Below are positions 9,338 through 17,970 of a stretch of 39,796 nucleotides of DNA, piece by piece. The translations under genes and the position numbers were made by a program. The stretch lies in the IMG/VR virus record IMGVR_UViG_3300037539_000019, one strand, 5' to 3'. Under the pieces are notes generated by a model. The model saw only the letters and a program-made list of their open reading frames with translations. It searched no databases and was not told the origin of the DNA. The first letter of the stretch is position 1. Every line of letters starts with the position of its first letter. The DNA comes from a virus.

Positions 9338-9957
9338 TACTCACCCCCCGGGTAAATCCTGATTACTTCTTGCGTGCGCCCACCGGCGCCCATACGAATC
9401 GGGCCGCTGATCAGCATGTCTTTCGGTTGATACGGGTACACGCGCACCGTCTCGCCCAGCAGGGCGCCCACCCCCAGGCGAGCCGAGGTGCGGCTTTGCA
9501 AATTCAGCGAGAATCCGGCCAGGTGCTGCGACTTGCGCTTCGCGCCCTCGACTGCGCGCAGCAGCTCGGCGCCAAGGCGCTCGCTCACCGGCTGGTCAGT
9601 CGAATAGATGTCCACGCGAAAGGTGCCGCGCGGCATTTCCGGCACGGCTTCAAACCATTCGGTGATCTTCACTTCCAGGCCGAAGCCAGCGACCGCCAGG
9701 TCGACGGCGCGGCGCGTGCCCTTGATGCGGTGCAGGTCGAGCGACTGCGCGACAATTCGGCGCTTCTGCTGCTCAGACCAAGCGGCGCGCCACTGGTCGA
9801 CCGACAGCGCCCAGGCCAGGAACGGCAGCACCTGGGGCGGGCACGTCCACGGGTTCCAGAGCGTTGCCGTGTCGACCTTGATGTCGCCCAGGCGATCAAG
9901 CGCCGCGTCTATGTCCCGCTCCAGCTCGGCCAGGTTCGCCGGCAAGATGCTGGTCAT
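9337..9957 (-). CDS. Baseplate/tail protein I (P2 gpI-like)
   Basis: 206-aa ORF. Its stop overlaps the fibre start (TAATG). Gene order is J-I-H. Confidence 0.8.
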   Translation of the reverse strand: MTSILPANLAELERDIDAALDRLGDIKVDTATLWNPWTCPPQVLPFLAWALSVDQWRAAWSEQQKRRIVAQSLDLHRIKGTRRAVDLAVAGFGLEVKITEWFEAVPEMPRGTFRVDIYSTDQPVSERLGAELLRAVEGAKRKSQHLAGFSLNLQSRTSARLGVGALLGETVRVYPYQPKDMLISGPIRMGAGGRTQEVIRIYPGGE

Positions 9958-10832
9958 TCGCGCACCCCAAGCGTTAGCGTGATGCCATTGCAGACGGGCA
10001 CCTGGCGTTTGCTACAACGCACGTCTTCCCACCCCTGCAAGACCACCTCTTCCACCCCCGCCGTGGTCAGCGCGGCGTCGACAGCCGACAGCACCACAAG
10101 GCCAGCCAGCCGCCACATAAGCGCGACGAACGCTTCCGCGCGGGCCTGGGCGGCGGCGATCACCATTTCCGGGTCTAGCTCGCCGTCCGGGTAGATGGTC
10201 GCGGCGATCTGGTAATAAACCACCTCGGCCGAAACCACCGCCAGGCGGTCGCCCAGGGGGCGGAAGGGCGCCAAATAGGTCGCCACCTTCGCCAGCAGCT
10301 CGGGGCTAGCAGCGCCGTCGATAGGCCCTTCATACGGCTCGGGGCCTTCTTCCTCGGGCGGGCCTTCCTTGCTCAGTACGGTTAGCAGGATTTCGCACGG
10401 GTTCGGGCTTTCGACCGAAACGCCAGCCACCAGCGGGCTAGCGCTGCGCGCGTGGAACTTGTACGCCCCTTCCGGGCCGGCCACCGACAGACCTTCGGGC
10501 GACTCTTGCAAGCGCGCCTTATAGTCGTCGTCGCTCTCGCCCTCCAGGCGCAGCACCGGCGTGTTATCCGGGTTGCGGTAGTAGGTGACCCCCAGGTGAT
10601 CCAATTGCGCGCCGTAGGCATGCGCCAGGGTCAGGGCCTTGGCCTGTTCGTTGGCGTACTGCCTGACCAGCGTTTCGCGGTACGCGGCCGCCAGCGCTAC
10701 CCGGAAGGCCGGGTCGGATGGGCTGGCGTTCTCAAGCCCAGCCTTGGCGGCCACCTCGGCGACGATGGTTTCGAAGTCGGGTTGCGGCACCACGGTAAGG
10801 GGCGGCAACAGCGCAAGATTCACCCCGGTCAT
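9954..10832 (-). CDS. Baseplate protein J (P2 gpJ-like)
   Basis: 292-aa ORF with 4-nt overlaps to both neighbours. Gene order is W-J-I. Confidence 0.85.
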   Translation of the reverse strand: MTGVNLALLPPLTVVPQPDFETIVAEVAAKAGLENASPSDPAFRVALAAAYRETLVRQYANEQAKALTLAHAYGAQLDHLGVTYYRNPDNTPVLRLEGESDDDYKARLQESPEGLSVAGPEGAYKFHARSASPLVAGVSVESPNPCEILLTVLSKEGPPEEEGPEPYEGPIDGAASPELLAKVATYLAPFRPLGDRLAVVSAEVVYYQIAATIYPDGELDPEMVIAAAQARAEAFVALMWRLAGLVVLSAVDAALTTAGVEEVVLQGWEDVRCSKRQVPVCNGITLTLGVRE

Positions 10833-11182
10833 AGCGGTATCCCCTCAAGGTCGACAGGCGTAGAGCCGTCACCGTCCAGCAGGTAGCCAGACAGATAGAT
10901 TTCGACGTGATGTTCAGCCGGGCGCTCGACGCGCATGGTCGACAGCCTGAAGTCATCCAGGCCGTTGGCCGGGTTGTTGATGGCTTCAGCCAGAAGAACA
11001 AACGCGTCCATGTAGAAGCCCGGGTCGACGTTGCGGTCGAGCATTTCGAACATGCGCGACCCGAAGTCGCGGCGCCCGACCAGCGAACCGACCGGCGTGG
11101 CGATCACGTCGCTAAGCCGCTGCCACAGATAGGGAACGCCACTGATCAGGCGGCCCGTGTTCCTGTCAGTGCCTTGTTTCAT
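10829..11182 (-). CDS. Baseplate wedge protein W (gp25-like)
   Basis: 117-aa ORF between V and J. Confidence 0.8.
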   Translation of the reverse strand: MKQGTDRNTGRLISGVPYLWQRLSDVIATPVGSLVGRRDFGSRMFEMLDRNVDPGFYMDAFVLLAEAINNPANGLDDFRLSTMRVERPAEHHVEIYLSGYLLDGDGSTPVDLEGIPL

Positions 11183-11191
11183 TGGTTGCCC

Positions 11192-11764
11192 TTACTGCTG
11201 CGGCCCCGGCGGCGGCGTCGGGCCGTGGGTGTGCTGGTTGTAGATCGCGCGGTCGGCGCTCATCTTGCGCACCGCGTCGGCGATTTCGGCGTCGCCCTTG
11301 ATGTCGCCCGTGACGCGTAACGTCCCGTCGATTTCCGTATTGCCGGTGATCTTCACGCCGCCAGGGGCGACCACCTCGGCGCGCCCACCAGCGGGCAGGT
11401 CGAGGCGGTGCATGTGGGTCTTGCGGTTGTAGGAAGTCGACCCGCCGTCGCCGTACTGGATCAGGAACAAGTCGGGGTCGCTCGATGGCGCCGCGAAGTC
11501 TTTGTGATAGCTACCCGGCAGAATCTCGCCCAGGGCCAAGTCGCCCTCGCTGATCACCGTCACACCCTCGCCCACCTCGGGCGCCCACCAGACAATCGCC
11601 TTGCCCGTGCGTATCGGCTTCCATTGCAGCCAGCCGGTCGTCATGCCCGGGCCGTACTCGACCCGCGCGACGTGCTTGCCGGGGTCGACCTCGACGATTT
11701 TGCCGCGCACGACCATTTGCGCGACCCGGCGTTCCAGCTCTTCCAGTCGCTGCAAGATGTCCAT
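11192..11764 (-). CDS. Baseplate assembly protein V (spike)
   Basis: 190-aa ORF, first gene of the V-W-J-I block. Confidence 0.8.
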   Translation of the reverse strand: MDILQRLEELERRVAQMVVRGKIVEVDPGKHVARVEYGPGMTTGWLQWKPIRTGKAIVWWAPEVGEGVTVISEGDLALGEILPGSYHKDFAAPSSDPDLFLIQYGDGGSTSYNRKTHMHRLDLPAGGRAEVVAPGGVKITGNTEIDGTLRVTGDIKGDAEIADAVRKMSADRAIYNQHTHGPTPPPGPQQ

Positions 11765-11773
11765 GCGGGGGCC

Positions 11774-12295
11774 TTATTCGGGCGGCGCGGGGCCGATGAT
11801 CACTTCGCCCGGGACGGGGTCGTCTGGCAGTTGCCAGAGGTCGCCGAGGTGGGCTTTCTGCTTCCAGTTCACAATCCAGCTTTCGAAGCCCTTGTCGCCC
11901 GGCTTGAACATGCCCGGGAACGCCTCAAGCTCGGCGGCGCGCTCGACCGCTTTACCCAGGCCGAAGCGGTTGCCGTCGAACAGGCAAAGCACCTGGGTCG
12001 CAAAATTGCGCACCTCGCGCTGTACGTTGTCGGTGGTCACGCTCAGCACGCAATGCGCCGACCAAGCCAGCTCTACCGGCGTGCGGCCACCCGTGACGCG
12101 GCCAGCGGGGCGAATCTCGACCAGCTCCAGCAGAACGGCCGGGGTCTTGATCCCGCCTTCCTGGGCGTTTACGGGGTCGTATTCGTCCACCGTCTTCAGG
12201 CTTGCGCCGAAGCGCTCGCGCAGCGCGGCGGCGATCTGGTCATGCAACAGGCCCACGTCTTCGATGGTCTGCGCGCCTTCAGCGTTTTCGCTCAT
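11774..12295 (-). CDS. Tail completion / terminator-like protein (lambda gpU position; Mu gp37-like?)
   Basis: 173-aa ORF between the Z-like gene and the baseplate genes. Function inferred from position only. Confidence 0.45.
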   Translation of the reverse strand: MSENAEGAQTIEDVGLLHDQIAAALRERFGASLKTVDEYDPVNAQEGGIKTPAVLLELVEIRPAGRVTGGRTPVELAWSAHCVLSVTTDNVQREVRNFATQVLCLFDGNRFGLGKAVERAAELEAFPGMFKPGDKGFESWIVNWKQKAHLGDLWQLPDDPVPGEVIIGPAPPE

Positions 12296-12929
12296 GGTTC
12301 ACCGCGTAATTGATTTCCTGTTCGATCAGCTCGGCGAAGCGCGCCAGGGCGCGACGCTCATAGCGGCGGAACACCTCGCCGGCCAGCTCTTCCAGCTCGA
12401 TGCCGACGCGCATAACCGGGAAACGCCCCCGGTTGCTGCTGTCATTGGCCCCGCCCAGGTCGAGAAAGCGGGCATTGCCGCCGCCCTTCTGCCGACTCAT
12501 GGCCGGCAGGTTCAGGCCCAGGGCCTCGGCGCGACTTTTGCGAATCCATACCCGGGGCGTGCCGTCATAGACGGCGCGATAGAACGCACCGTCGAAGCGG
12601 CGCCCGGCCACGCTGGTTCCGCGCTTGCCCTGCCGGGGCTGGCCGGCATTCTCGGCCGCCAGCGGCAAGGTGCCGAACCACAGAATGGCGACCTGTTCGG
12701 CGCCCTGCCCGGCCGTGGTCATGCTCCAGCGGCTTTTTAGGCCCTTCTGCGGCACGCGTAGGGCCTGGCTGATTTCGCGCGACATACGCGTCGACAGCCA
12801 ACGCATGGTCTTGCGGCGGGCGCGCTCGGCGGCCTTGCTCACCTGTTCCGGCGTGGTCTGTATCTGCGCCGTAACCCGGGTGATTTCCTGGGCAAAGCTC
12901 AGTTGAAAGCTAACGCCACTTGCTGCCAC
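12279..12929 (-). CDS. Head-tail connector protein, lambda gpZ-like
   Basis: Track ORF 12279..13019 trimmed to the GTG at 12929, which has GGGAGGG 8 nt upstream. C terminus ...FAELIEQEINYAVNHERKR and basic middle region recall lambda gpZ. Confidence 0.55.
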   Translation of the reverse strand: MAASGVSFQLSFAQEITRVTAQIQTTPEQVSKAAERARRKTMRWLSTRMSREISQALRVPQKGLKSRWSMTTAGQGAEQVAILWFGTLPLAAENAGQPRQGKRGTSVAGRRFDGAFYRAVYDGTPRVWIRKSRAEALGLNLPAMSRQKGGGNARFLDLGGANDSSNRGRFPVMRVGIELEELAGEVFRRYERRALARFAELIEQEINYAVNHERKR

Positions 12930-13284
12930 CGGCCGACCCTCCCGCCTCGCCTTCCGCGTCCTGGGCCGGCGCAAGCCAGAGCGTCGACCAGCCAGCGCCG
13001 TCGGCCTGGGGCTGGGCACAGAAGTAAACCGCGCCCCGGATCGTCAGGCGCCAAGCCTTGGTTATGCCCGCGACACGGCGGTCGCCCGTGGTAAACACCG
13101 GCTGGCGGTTCTTGAAATTCAGCCCGCCGGCACCGTTGCTGCCCTCGCGCTTGTGGTCGAAGTCGATTTCGGCATTGTCGAAGATGCCATCCACGTCGAA
13201 GCGCTCGCCGTCATCCGTCACGACCTGGGCCGTGGCGTCCTTACAAATCAGCATGGTGCGCTCGACGATGTCGAATCGGCTCAC
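12910..13284 (-). CDS. Head-tail attachment protein, lambda gpFII-like
   Basis: 124-aa ORF with a GTG start preceded by AAGAGGGG. Motifs GIFDN...PVFTT...LTIRG...WSTLWL recall gpFII. Confidence 0.55.
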   Translation of the reverse strand: MSRFDIVERTMLICKDATAQVVTDDGERFDVDGIFDNAEIDFDHKREGSNGAGGLNFKNRQPVFTTGDRRVAGITKAWRLTIRGAVYFCAQPQADGAGWSTLWLAPAQDAEGEAGGSAGGSKWR

Positions 13285-13340
13285 GGTCTACCCCTCTTTT
13301 CGCATGCGAAAACCCACCAGCAGCGGGCGGGCTTTCGGCT

Positions 13341-13369
13341 GCGAAAAGCCCCGCATACGGCGGGGCTTT
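13341..13369 (-). terminator. Intrinsic terminator after the major capsid gene
   Basis: Minus strand reads AAAGCCCCGC-CGTAT-GCGGGGCTTT followed by TCG. It directly follows array A3. Confidence 0.6.
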
Positions 13370-13373
13370 CCTG

Positions 13374-13397
13374 TTCGCTAATTCGCGCTTTCGCGCT
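13374..13397 (+). repeat. 8-bp-periodic box array A3 (TTCGCTAA TTCGCGCT TTCGCGCT)
   Basis: Three phased units. Intergenic, between the capsid stop (13400) and the terminator. Confidence 0.8.
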
Positions 13398-13399
13398 CC

Positions 13400-14326
13400 T
13401 TAGATCACGTTTTGCAGCAACAGGCCGCATTCCTTGGCGATCACCAGTTCCTTGACCTGCTCACCGACGCGCACGACATAGCCGCCCTTCATGCCGACAT
13501 CCTTGTCGTACCAGTTGGCAGCGAAACGGTCGTCGTATTGCGCGGTAGCGCCCCAGGTCAGGGTGCCGGCCGGAATCGCCACGTTCGGCGCCAGGTAGGT
13601 GAAGGCCGCATGACCTGCCCACACCCGTTTGATTTCCGGGGCCTTGCCCTTGCGGGCGATGTTGACGCGACCCTCACCGATGAAGATGTTTTCAATCTCC
13701 AGCAGGTCGATCATCTGTTGCAGCGTCACCACGCCCTTATCGCCGCTGTTGCCGTGGGCAGCGGCAACCATCGAGCGGTTGACGCGCAACTGCGTCCACT
13801 CTGCGCGACCGATGGTCAGGGTATTCGGGCGCATAAGCGGCTTGTCGAGCTGTTCCAGCAGGAACGCCAACAGGTCGGCGTCGCGGTTGCTGAACTTCTG
13901 ATCAGCCGCCAGAGCCAGGGCCGTGCCGTGGTTCGCCGCGTTGAACACGGTTTGCGCGGTACGCACCTCGCGCGACAACAGAATCAGGTCAGTGACCGCC
14001 TCAGACGCATGGTCGAGCGGGTCATAGTCGGTGCCGGCGGCCTTGTCGATGTCGCTTTGCGGCACCGTATCCTGCAAGCCGTGGTCGGCGGTCGATCCTT
14101 CCTTCTCGGTCGCATTGAACTCGACTTCCTGGGTCGTGCCCTTGCGGCTGACTTCGGTGTCAACGTGGGTCAGGCGCTCGGCCTTGTCGTACTCCCACCA
14201 CTTGAACAGCTCGCCGTCGACCGGGTGGCGCGGCATCACCTGATCAGCGATCAGCTTGTCGTTGCGGTAGGCCATCACGATGCCCGTGCGGACGGGATCA
14301 ATCGGGAACGGTGCTTGTCCAGCCAT
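13400..14326 (-). CDS. Major capsid protein (lambda gpE family)
   Basis: 308-aa ORF after the decoration and protease genes, followed by a terminator. Family call from memory. Confidence 0.8.
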   Translation of the reverse strand: MAGQAPFPIDPVRTGIVMAYRNDKLIADQVMPRHPVDGELFKWWEYDKAERLTHVDTEVSRKGTTQEVEFNATEKEGSTADHGLQDTVPQSDIDKAAGTDYDPLDHASEAVTDLILLSREVRTAQTVFNAANHGTALALAADQKFSNRDADLLAFLLEQLDKPLMRPNTLTIGRAEWTQLRVNRSMVAAAHGNSGDKGVVTLQQMIDLLEIENIFIGEGRVNIARKGKAPEIKRVWAGHAAFTYLAPNVAIPAGTLTWGATAQYDDRFAANWYDKDVGMKGGYVVRVGEQVKELVIAKECGLLLQNVI

Positions 14327-14361
14327 GTTTGCTATTCCTTTCGAAAGGGGTCAGGGGGCGA

Positions 14362-14733
14362 TTACGGGGCCACAGCGGCCGGCACGAAACCGCGTTCGAT
14401 GAACACGCGGCCGATGGTGCCTTCGTCGCCGGCTTCGTCAGCGCGGGCGATGTAGGCTTCGCCGGGCTGCGCCACCACGGCGCGACCAGCAATGTCGGCC
14501 GTCAGCAGGTCGCCGAAACCAACGGCGCCGCCATACTCCAGCTCGGTCGGGCCGCTGCGGATCACGTCGCAGACGGTGCCAGCCACAGCGCCAAGGCTGC
14601 CGGTGACGCCCATCAGCGGCGCGGCGCTCGGGCCGCCGGCCTGGGCGAACTCGCCTTCGGTGTCGTCGTAGGCCGCGATACGGAACGGCGCCACGTCTGC
14701 CGCCGCGCGGCGGCTCTCGATGTACTGACGCAT
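14362..14733 (-). CDS. Head decoration protein (DUF2190-like)
   Basis: 123-aa ORF between the protease/scaffold and capsid genes, i.e. the lambda gpD position. Confidence 0.5.
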   Translation of the reverse strand: MRQYIESRRAAADVAPFRIAAYDDTEGEFAQAGGPSAAPLMGVTGSLGAVAGTVCDVIRSGPTELEYGGAVGFGDLLTADIAGRAVVAQPGEAYIARADEAGDEGTIGRVFIERGFVPAAVAP

Positions 14734-16142
14734 TAGGCTTTACCCCCTTGAATCATCCGCGCAGCGGCGGAAACGGTGATCTTGTTACCCTTGGCGGCTT
14801 CGGCGTCGACCAGGGCGCGAGCTTCAGCGGCCAGCGTTTTCGGGTCGACGGACTTCTTGCCGCCCTCGCTTTCCGGGGCGCCCTTGACCTTGTTGGCCTC
14901 GGTATTGCCCGCGCTGTCGAGGTAGTCGGCGCCGCCCTTCTTCTCGGCGGCGATGATCTGCGCGGCGGCCTCGCCGGCAGTGGTCTTGCCGTCCACGGCC
15001 AGGGCCTGAATCAGCTTTTCGTGACCCGGCAGACTGACGGCGAACACCTCGGCGACGCGCTTGGTTTCGGCGGCGTGGCCTTCGGCGTAACCCTCCAGCT
15101 TGCCGGCGGCGTGGGCCTCCAGGCGGGCCGCCGCGACGGCGGCTTCCTTGTCGGCGCTGCCAGTGGCGGCGATGGTGGCGAAGGCTTCCGGGTGCTGGGC
15201 CTTCAGGGCCTCAGCGACGGCGGCCGCCGTCGCCCCTTCTGCGATAGTCAGAGGCATGGTGCTTGCTCCTACGTTGGTCTTGGCGGCGGTTTTCGCCGGG
15301 GGTTGGTTGAATGCGCGGGACTGCCCGCGCCCGCTCAGCTCGGCGATCAGCCCTTCCAGGCTGCCGAGGCGGTGGGCCATGCCCTGCTTGACGGCCTTGG
15401 CGCCGATGAAGGTGCCGCCGCGCCCGAAGTCGGCCAGCACCTTGTCACGCGTCACGGCCATGTTTCGGGCGACCGCGTCGAGGAACACCCCTTCGAGGTC
15501 GTCGACGATGATCTGGACGGCGGCCTGACCTTCCTTGCTGGTCGGGTCAAGCCGCTTGTTGGGCGCGTTGCTCGACACGATTTCGATGCGCTGTTCGCCG
15601 TCGACCGGCGGCAGGATGCGAAAGCCCGCCACGGTGCCCACAGACCCCAGCTCGGCGGTCGCGTCGATCACCACTTCGGAACAGGCAGAGGCCACCCAAT
15701 ACGCCGCCGAGCACGCTTGCCCGCCGACATAGGCGACGATCTTTTTTCGCCCCCGGGCGGCGTAGATCATTTCGGCCAGTTCGTTCAGGCCGTTGACCTG
15801 GCCGCCCGGCGAGTCGATCCACAGCACCACGGCGCGGACTTTCGGGTCTTCAATCGACGCCGACAGCGACTTGGCCAGCGCCTCGGTCGAGGTGCCGCCA
15901 CAGATGTCGTGCATCCAACTGGCGTAACGGGATACCACCCCGCGCACCTTGACCAGTGCCACACCGTCGCGAACCTCGACCATGGGCGCCGCTTTCAGCG
16001 ACTCGCCGTCCTGGGCGGTCAAGGCTTCCCAGCGGCCCGCCTGAAGCTCACGGCGGGCGATGGCTTCCATATCGGCCAGCATCGTCGGCGGCAACGCCCA
16101 GGCTTGCGAGGCCAGGAATTGCAAGGCCATCAGCTTCTTCAT
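14733..16142 (-). CDS. Head maturation protease (S49/ClpP-like, lambda gpC-like) fused to a scaffold domain
   Basis: 469-aa ORF after the portal gene. N half is SppA-like (...VVLWIDSPGGQV...AYVGGQACSAAYWVA...). C half is Ala/Lys-rich and scaffold-like. Confidence 0.8.
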   Translation of the reverse strand: MKKLMALQFLASQAWALPPTMLADMEAIARRELQAGRWEALTAQDGESLKAAPMVEVRDGVALVKVRGVVSRYASWMHDICGGTSTEALAKSLSASIEDPKVRAVVLWIDSPGGQVNGLNELAEMIYAARGRKKIVAYVGGQACSAAYWVASACSEVVIDATAELGSVGTVAGFRILPPVDGEQRIEIVSSNAPNKRLDPTSKEGQAAVQIIVDDLEGVFLDAVARNMAVTRDKVLADFGRGGTFIGAKAVKQGMAHRLGSLEGLIAELSGRGQSRAFNQPPAKTAAKTNVGASTMPLTIAEGATAAAVAEALKAQHPEAFATIAATGSADKEAAVAAARLEAHAAGKLEGYAEGHAAETKRVAEVFAVSLPGHEKLIQALAVDGKTTAGEAAAQIIAAEKKGGADYLDSAGNTEANKVKGAPESEGGKKSVDPKTLAAEARALVDAEAAKGNKITVSAAARMIQGGKA

Positions 16143-17758
16143 GCGTTACCCCCTGGCAACAAAAAGCCCCGTTGGCGTTTGCCTTCGGGGCTGTCGTCTG
16201 TTTCGTCGTCGGCGTCGTCGGGCGGCGCTTCCGCCGGCGGCTCTTGCCGGAACTTGCGGCGCTCCTCGATCACGCGGCGGCTGTTGATCTGGTTCCAGTC
16301 CTGGCCCAGCAAATGCCGCGTCTCGCGTTCGTGCGTGGTGATACCGATTTTCAAGCGCTTCTCTGCGGCGTTCGCCGCCTTCAGCTCGTCCAGCTCGCCC
16401 AGGTTCGGCCCGTGCCAAAGCGCTTGGCAGTAGGCCCGCCGGACAAGCGGGTCTTGAAAGAACCCCGGCAGGCGCAGCCGACCGCGCGCGACCGCCTCGG
16501 CGATCACGGTTTCGTAATACGGCTGGCACACGTCAACCACGAAGTTCGCCCGGTCAACCATGATGTAGTGGGCGAACTGCAACAGCGCCGCACGGCTGGC
16601 CGAGTAGCTGGCGGTAAAGTGCTTGATCAGCACTTCGAACGGCACACCAATCGCCCCGCCGATCATGCGCCAGAGCGCCGTCACGAACGGGTCAAAGGCC
16701 GCATTGGGGCGTCCTGGGTTGGCCGTCTCGATGCTCTCGCCTTCGTCCAGCTCATAGACCAGGCCGTCGCCCAGGCGCAGGTCGCGCGGCTGGTCGTCGT
16801 CTTCGTCGTCATCCGCGCCACCACCCAGGCCCGCGCCGGGGGCGTAGGCGTCACCGCCCCCGCCGTCACGGTCAGACTTGATGAAGACGGTGAATTTCGA
16901 ACTGATCACCGAGGCCATCAGCTCGGCGTCGATGTAGCGGCCCGCCTGCTTGATCACCTCGATAACCGGCGCCAGGTCGGGAATGCCCCGGGTCTGACTG
17001 GCCCGCATGTTGTGATTCGAATGAATCAGCACATTGCGCCGGCCCTGCTCGCCGAACAGCGGCACGCGCTGCCAGGTGGCTTTAGACCGAAGAAAGCGCT
17101 TCGCCGGGTTGACCTGAAGCACATGCACAGCCACGGCGGCGCCGTGTTCGTCCAGCTCGAAACCGCCCGACAGGGTTTCGCTGTCGGGCTTGTTGTTCGG
17201 GTTGCACACCCGGTCGGACTCGACCGACTTGAAGTGCGTGGCATACGGTGACCCGTCACGGTCGAAGTGCGGCAGCAACAGGAACGAATCGCCGTTGACG
17301 CGCGCGCTATGGAACAGCTCGGCCTGCTTTTGATAGAAGGTCTTGCGCCGCGCGGCGTCGGCCTCCAGGCAGTCGGCGGCCAGGTTGAACTCGCGCAGCA
17401 TCTGCGCCTGTAGCGCCTCGGCCTGCTCGGAAGTCAGCCCCAGGAACTCGGCGTCGATGCTCGGTTCGGGCCGTAGGCCGGTGCCGATCACATAGACGGT
17501 CTTGGTTTTCATCGCGCCATGGGCGATGGGGTTGTTTCGCTCCAAATCGCGAGAGCGCGACCGCAAGGTCGCCAGCTCGGGGTTAAGGTCGCCGTCGGCA
17601 TCCTTGCGCGAGGTAAACCACGATTTCAGGGCCGGGCGTGTTTTCGACGCGCCGGCGAACGAATCCAGGGCGTCGAGACTCATGCGATCCCGGGCGCGCT
17701 CCAGTCCCGCCGAGGCGGAAAAGAAACCGACCACGCGGTCGACGATGTTTCGACTCAT
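16139..17758 (-). CDS. Portal protein (lambda gpB family)
   Basis: 539-aa ORF between gpW and the protease gene, with 4-nt overlaps. Confidence 0.85.
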   Translation of the reverse strand: MSRNIVDRVVGFFSASAGLERARDRMSLDALDSFAGASKTRPALKSWFTSRKDADGDLNPELATLRSRSRDLERNNPIAHGAMKTKTVYVIGTGLRPEPSIDAEFLGLTSEQAEALQAQMLREFNLAADCLEADAARRKTFYQKQAELFHSARVNGDSFLLLPHFDRDGSPYATHFKSVESDRVCNPNNKPDSETLSGGFELDEHGAAVAVHVLQVNPAKRFLRSKATWQRVPLFGEQGRRNVLIHSNHNMRASQTRGIPDLAPVIEVIKQAGRYIDAELMASVISSKFTVFIKSDRDGGGGDAYAPGAGLGGGADDDEDDDQPRDLRLGDGLVYELDEGESIETANPGRPNAAFDPFVTALWRMIGGAIGVPFEVLIKHFTASYSASRAALLQFAHYIMVDRANFVVDVCQPYYETVIAEAVARGRLRLPGFFQDPLVRRAYCQALWHGPNLGELDELKAANAAEKRLKIGITTHERETRHLLGQDWNQINSRRVIEERRKFRQEPPAEAPPDDADDETDDSPEGKRQRGFLLPGGNA

Positions 17759-17970
17759 ATCGGAACCCCTTGTCGCGCCACCGGCCCACCGCGCAGGCTG
17801 CGCCGCAGGCGGTCGCGCTGTGCGTACAGCGTTTTAAGGTCGGCCATCTGCACCTTTCGCGTGCCGGCGGCGGTCGTCACCTCGACGTTTTGACCGCCCT
17901 GCAGGACGGCCAAAATCGCCTTGTCGATGGCGTCGATTTCCGCACGAATGGCGCGTCGATTGCGGCTCAT
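17755..17970 (-). CDS. Head-tail joining protein gpW
   Basis: 71 aa from the ATG at 17970 (MSRNRRAIRAEIDAID...), which forms an ATGA overlap with the terminase stop. The track ORF offers an alternative start at 17979. Confidence 0.6.
   Translation of the reverse strand: MSRNRRAIRAEIDAIDKAILAVLQGGQNVEVTTAAGTRKVQMADLKTLYAQRDRLRRSLRGGPVARQGVPI

Noticed and set aside
12930-13019. N-terminal extension of the gpZ-like ORF (MPSPRPTALAGRRSG...).
   Set aside because: It overlaps the 3' end of the FII-like gene in a low-GC3 frame. The GTG at 12929 has a strong GGGAGGG site upstream.
14327-14343. GTTTGCTATTCCTTTCG between the decoration and capsid genes, as a possible tenth box array.
   Set aside because: It holds only one unit-like 8-mer. 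The sequence is more simply explained as the capsid gene ribosome-binding region (AAAGGAA on the coding strand).
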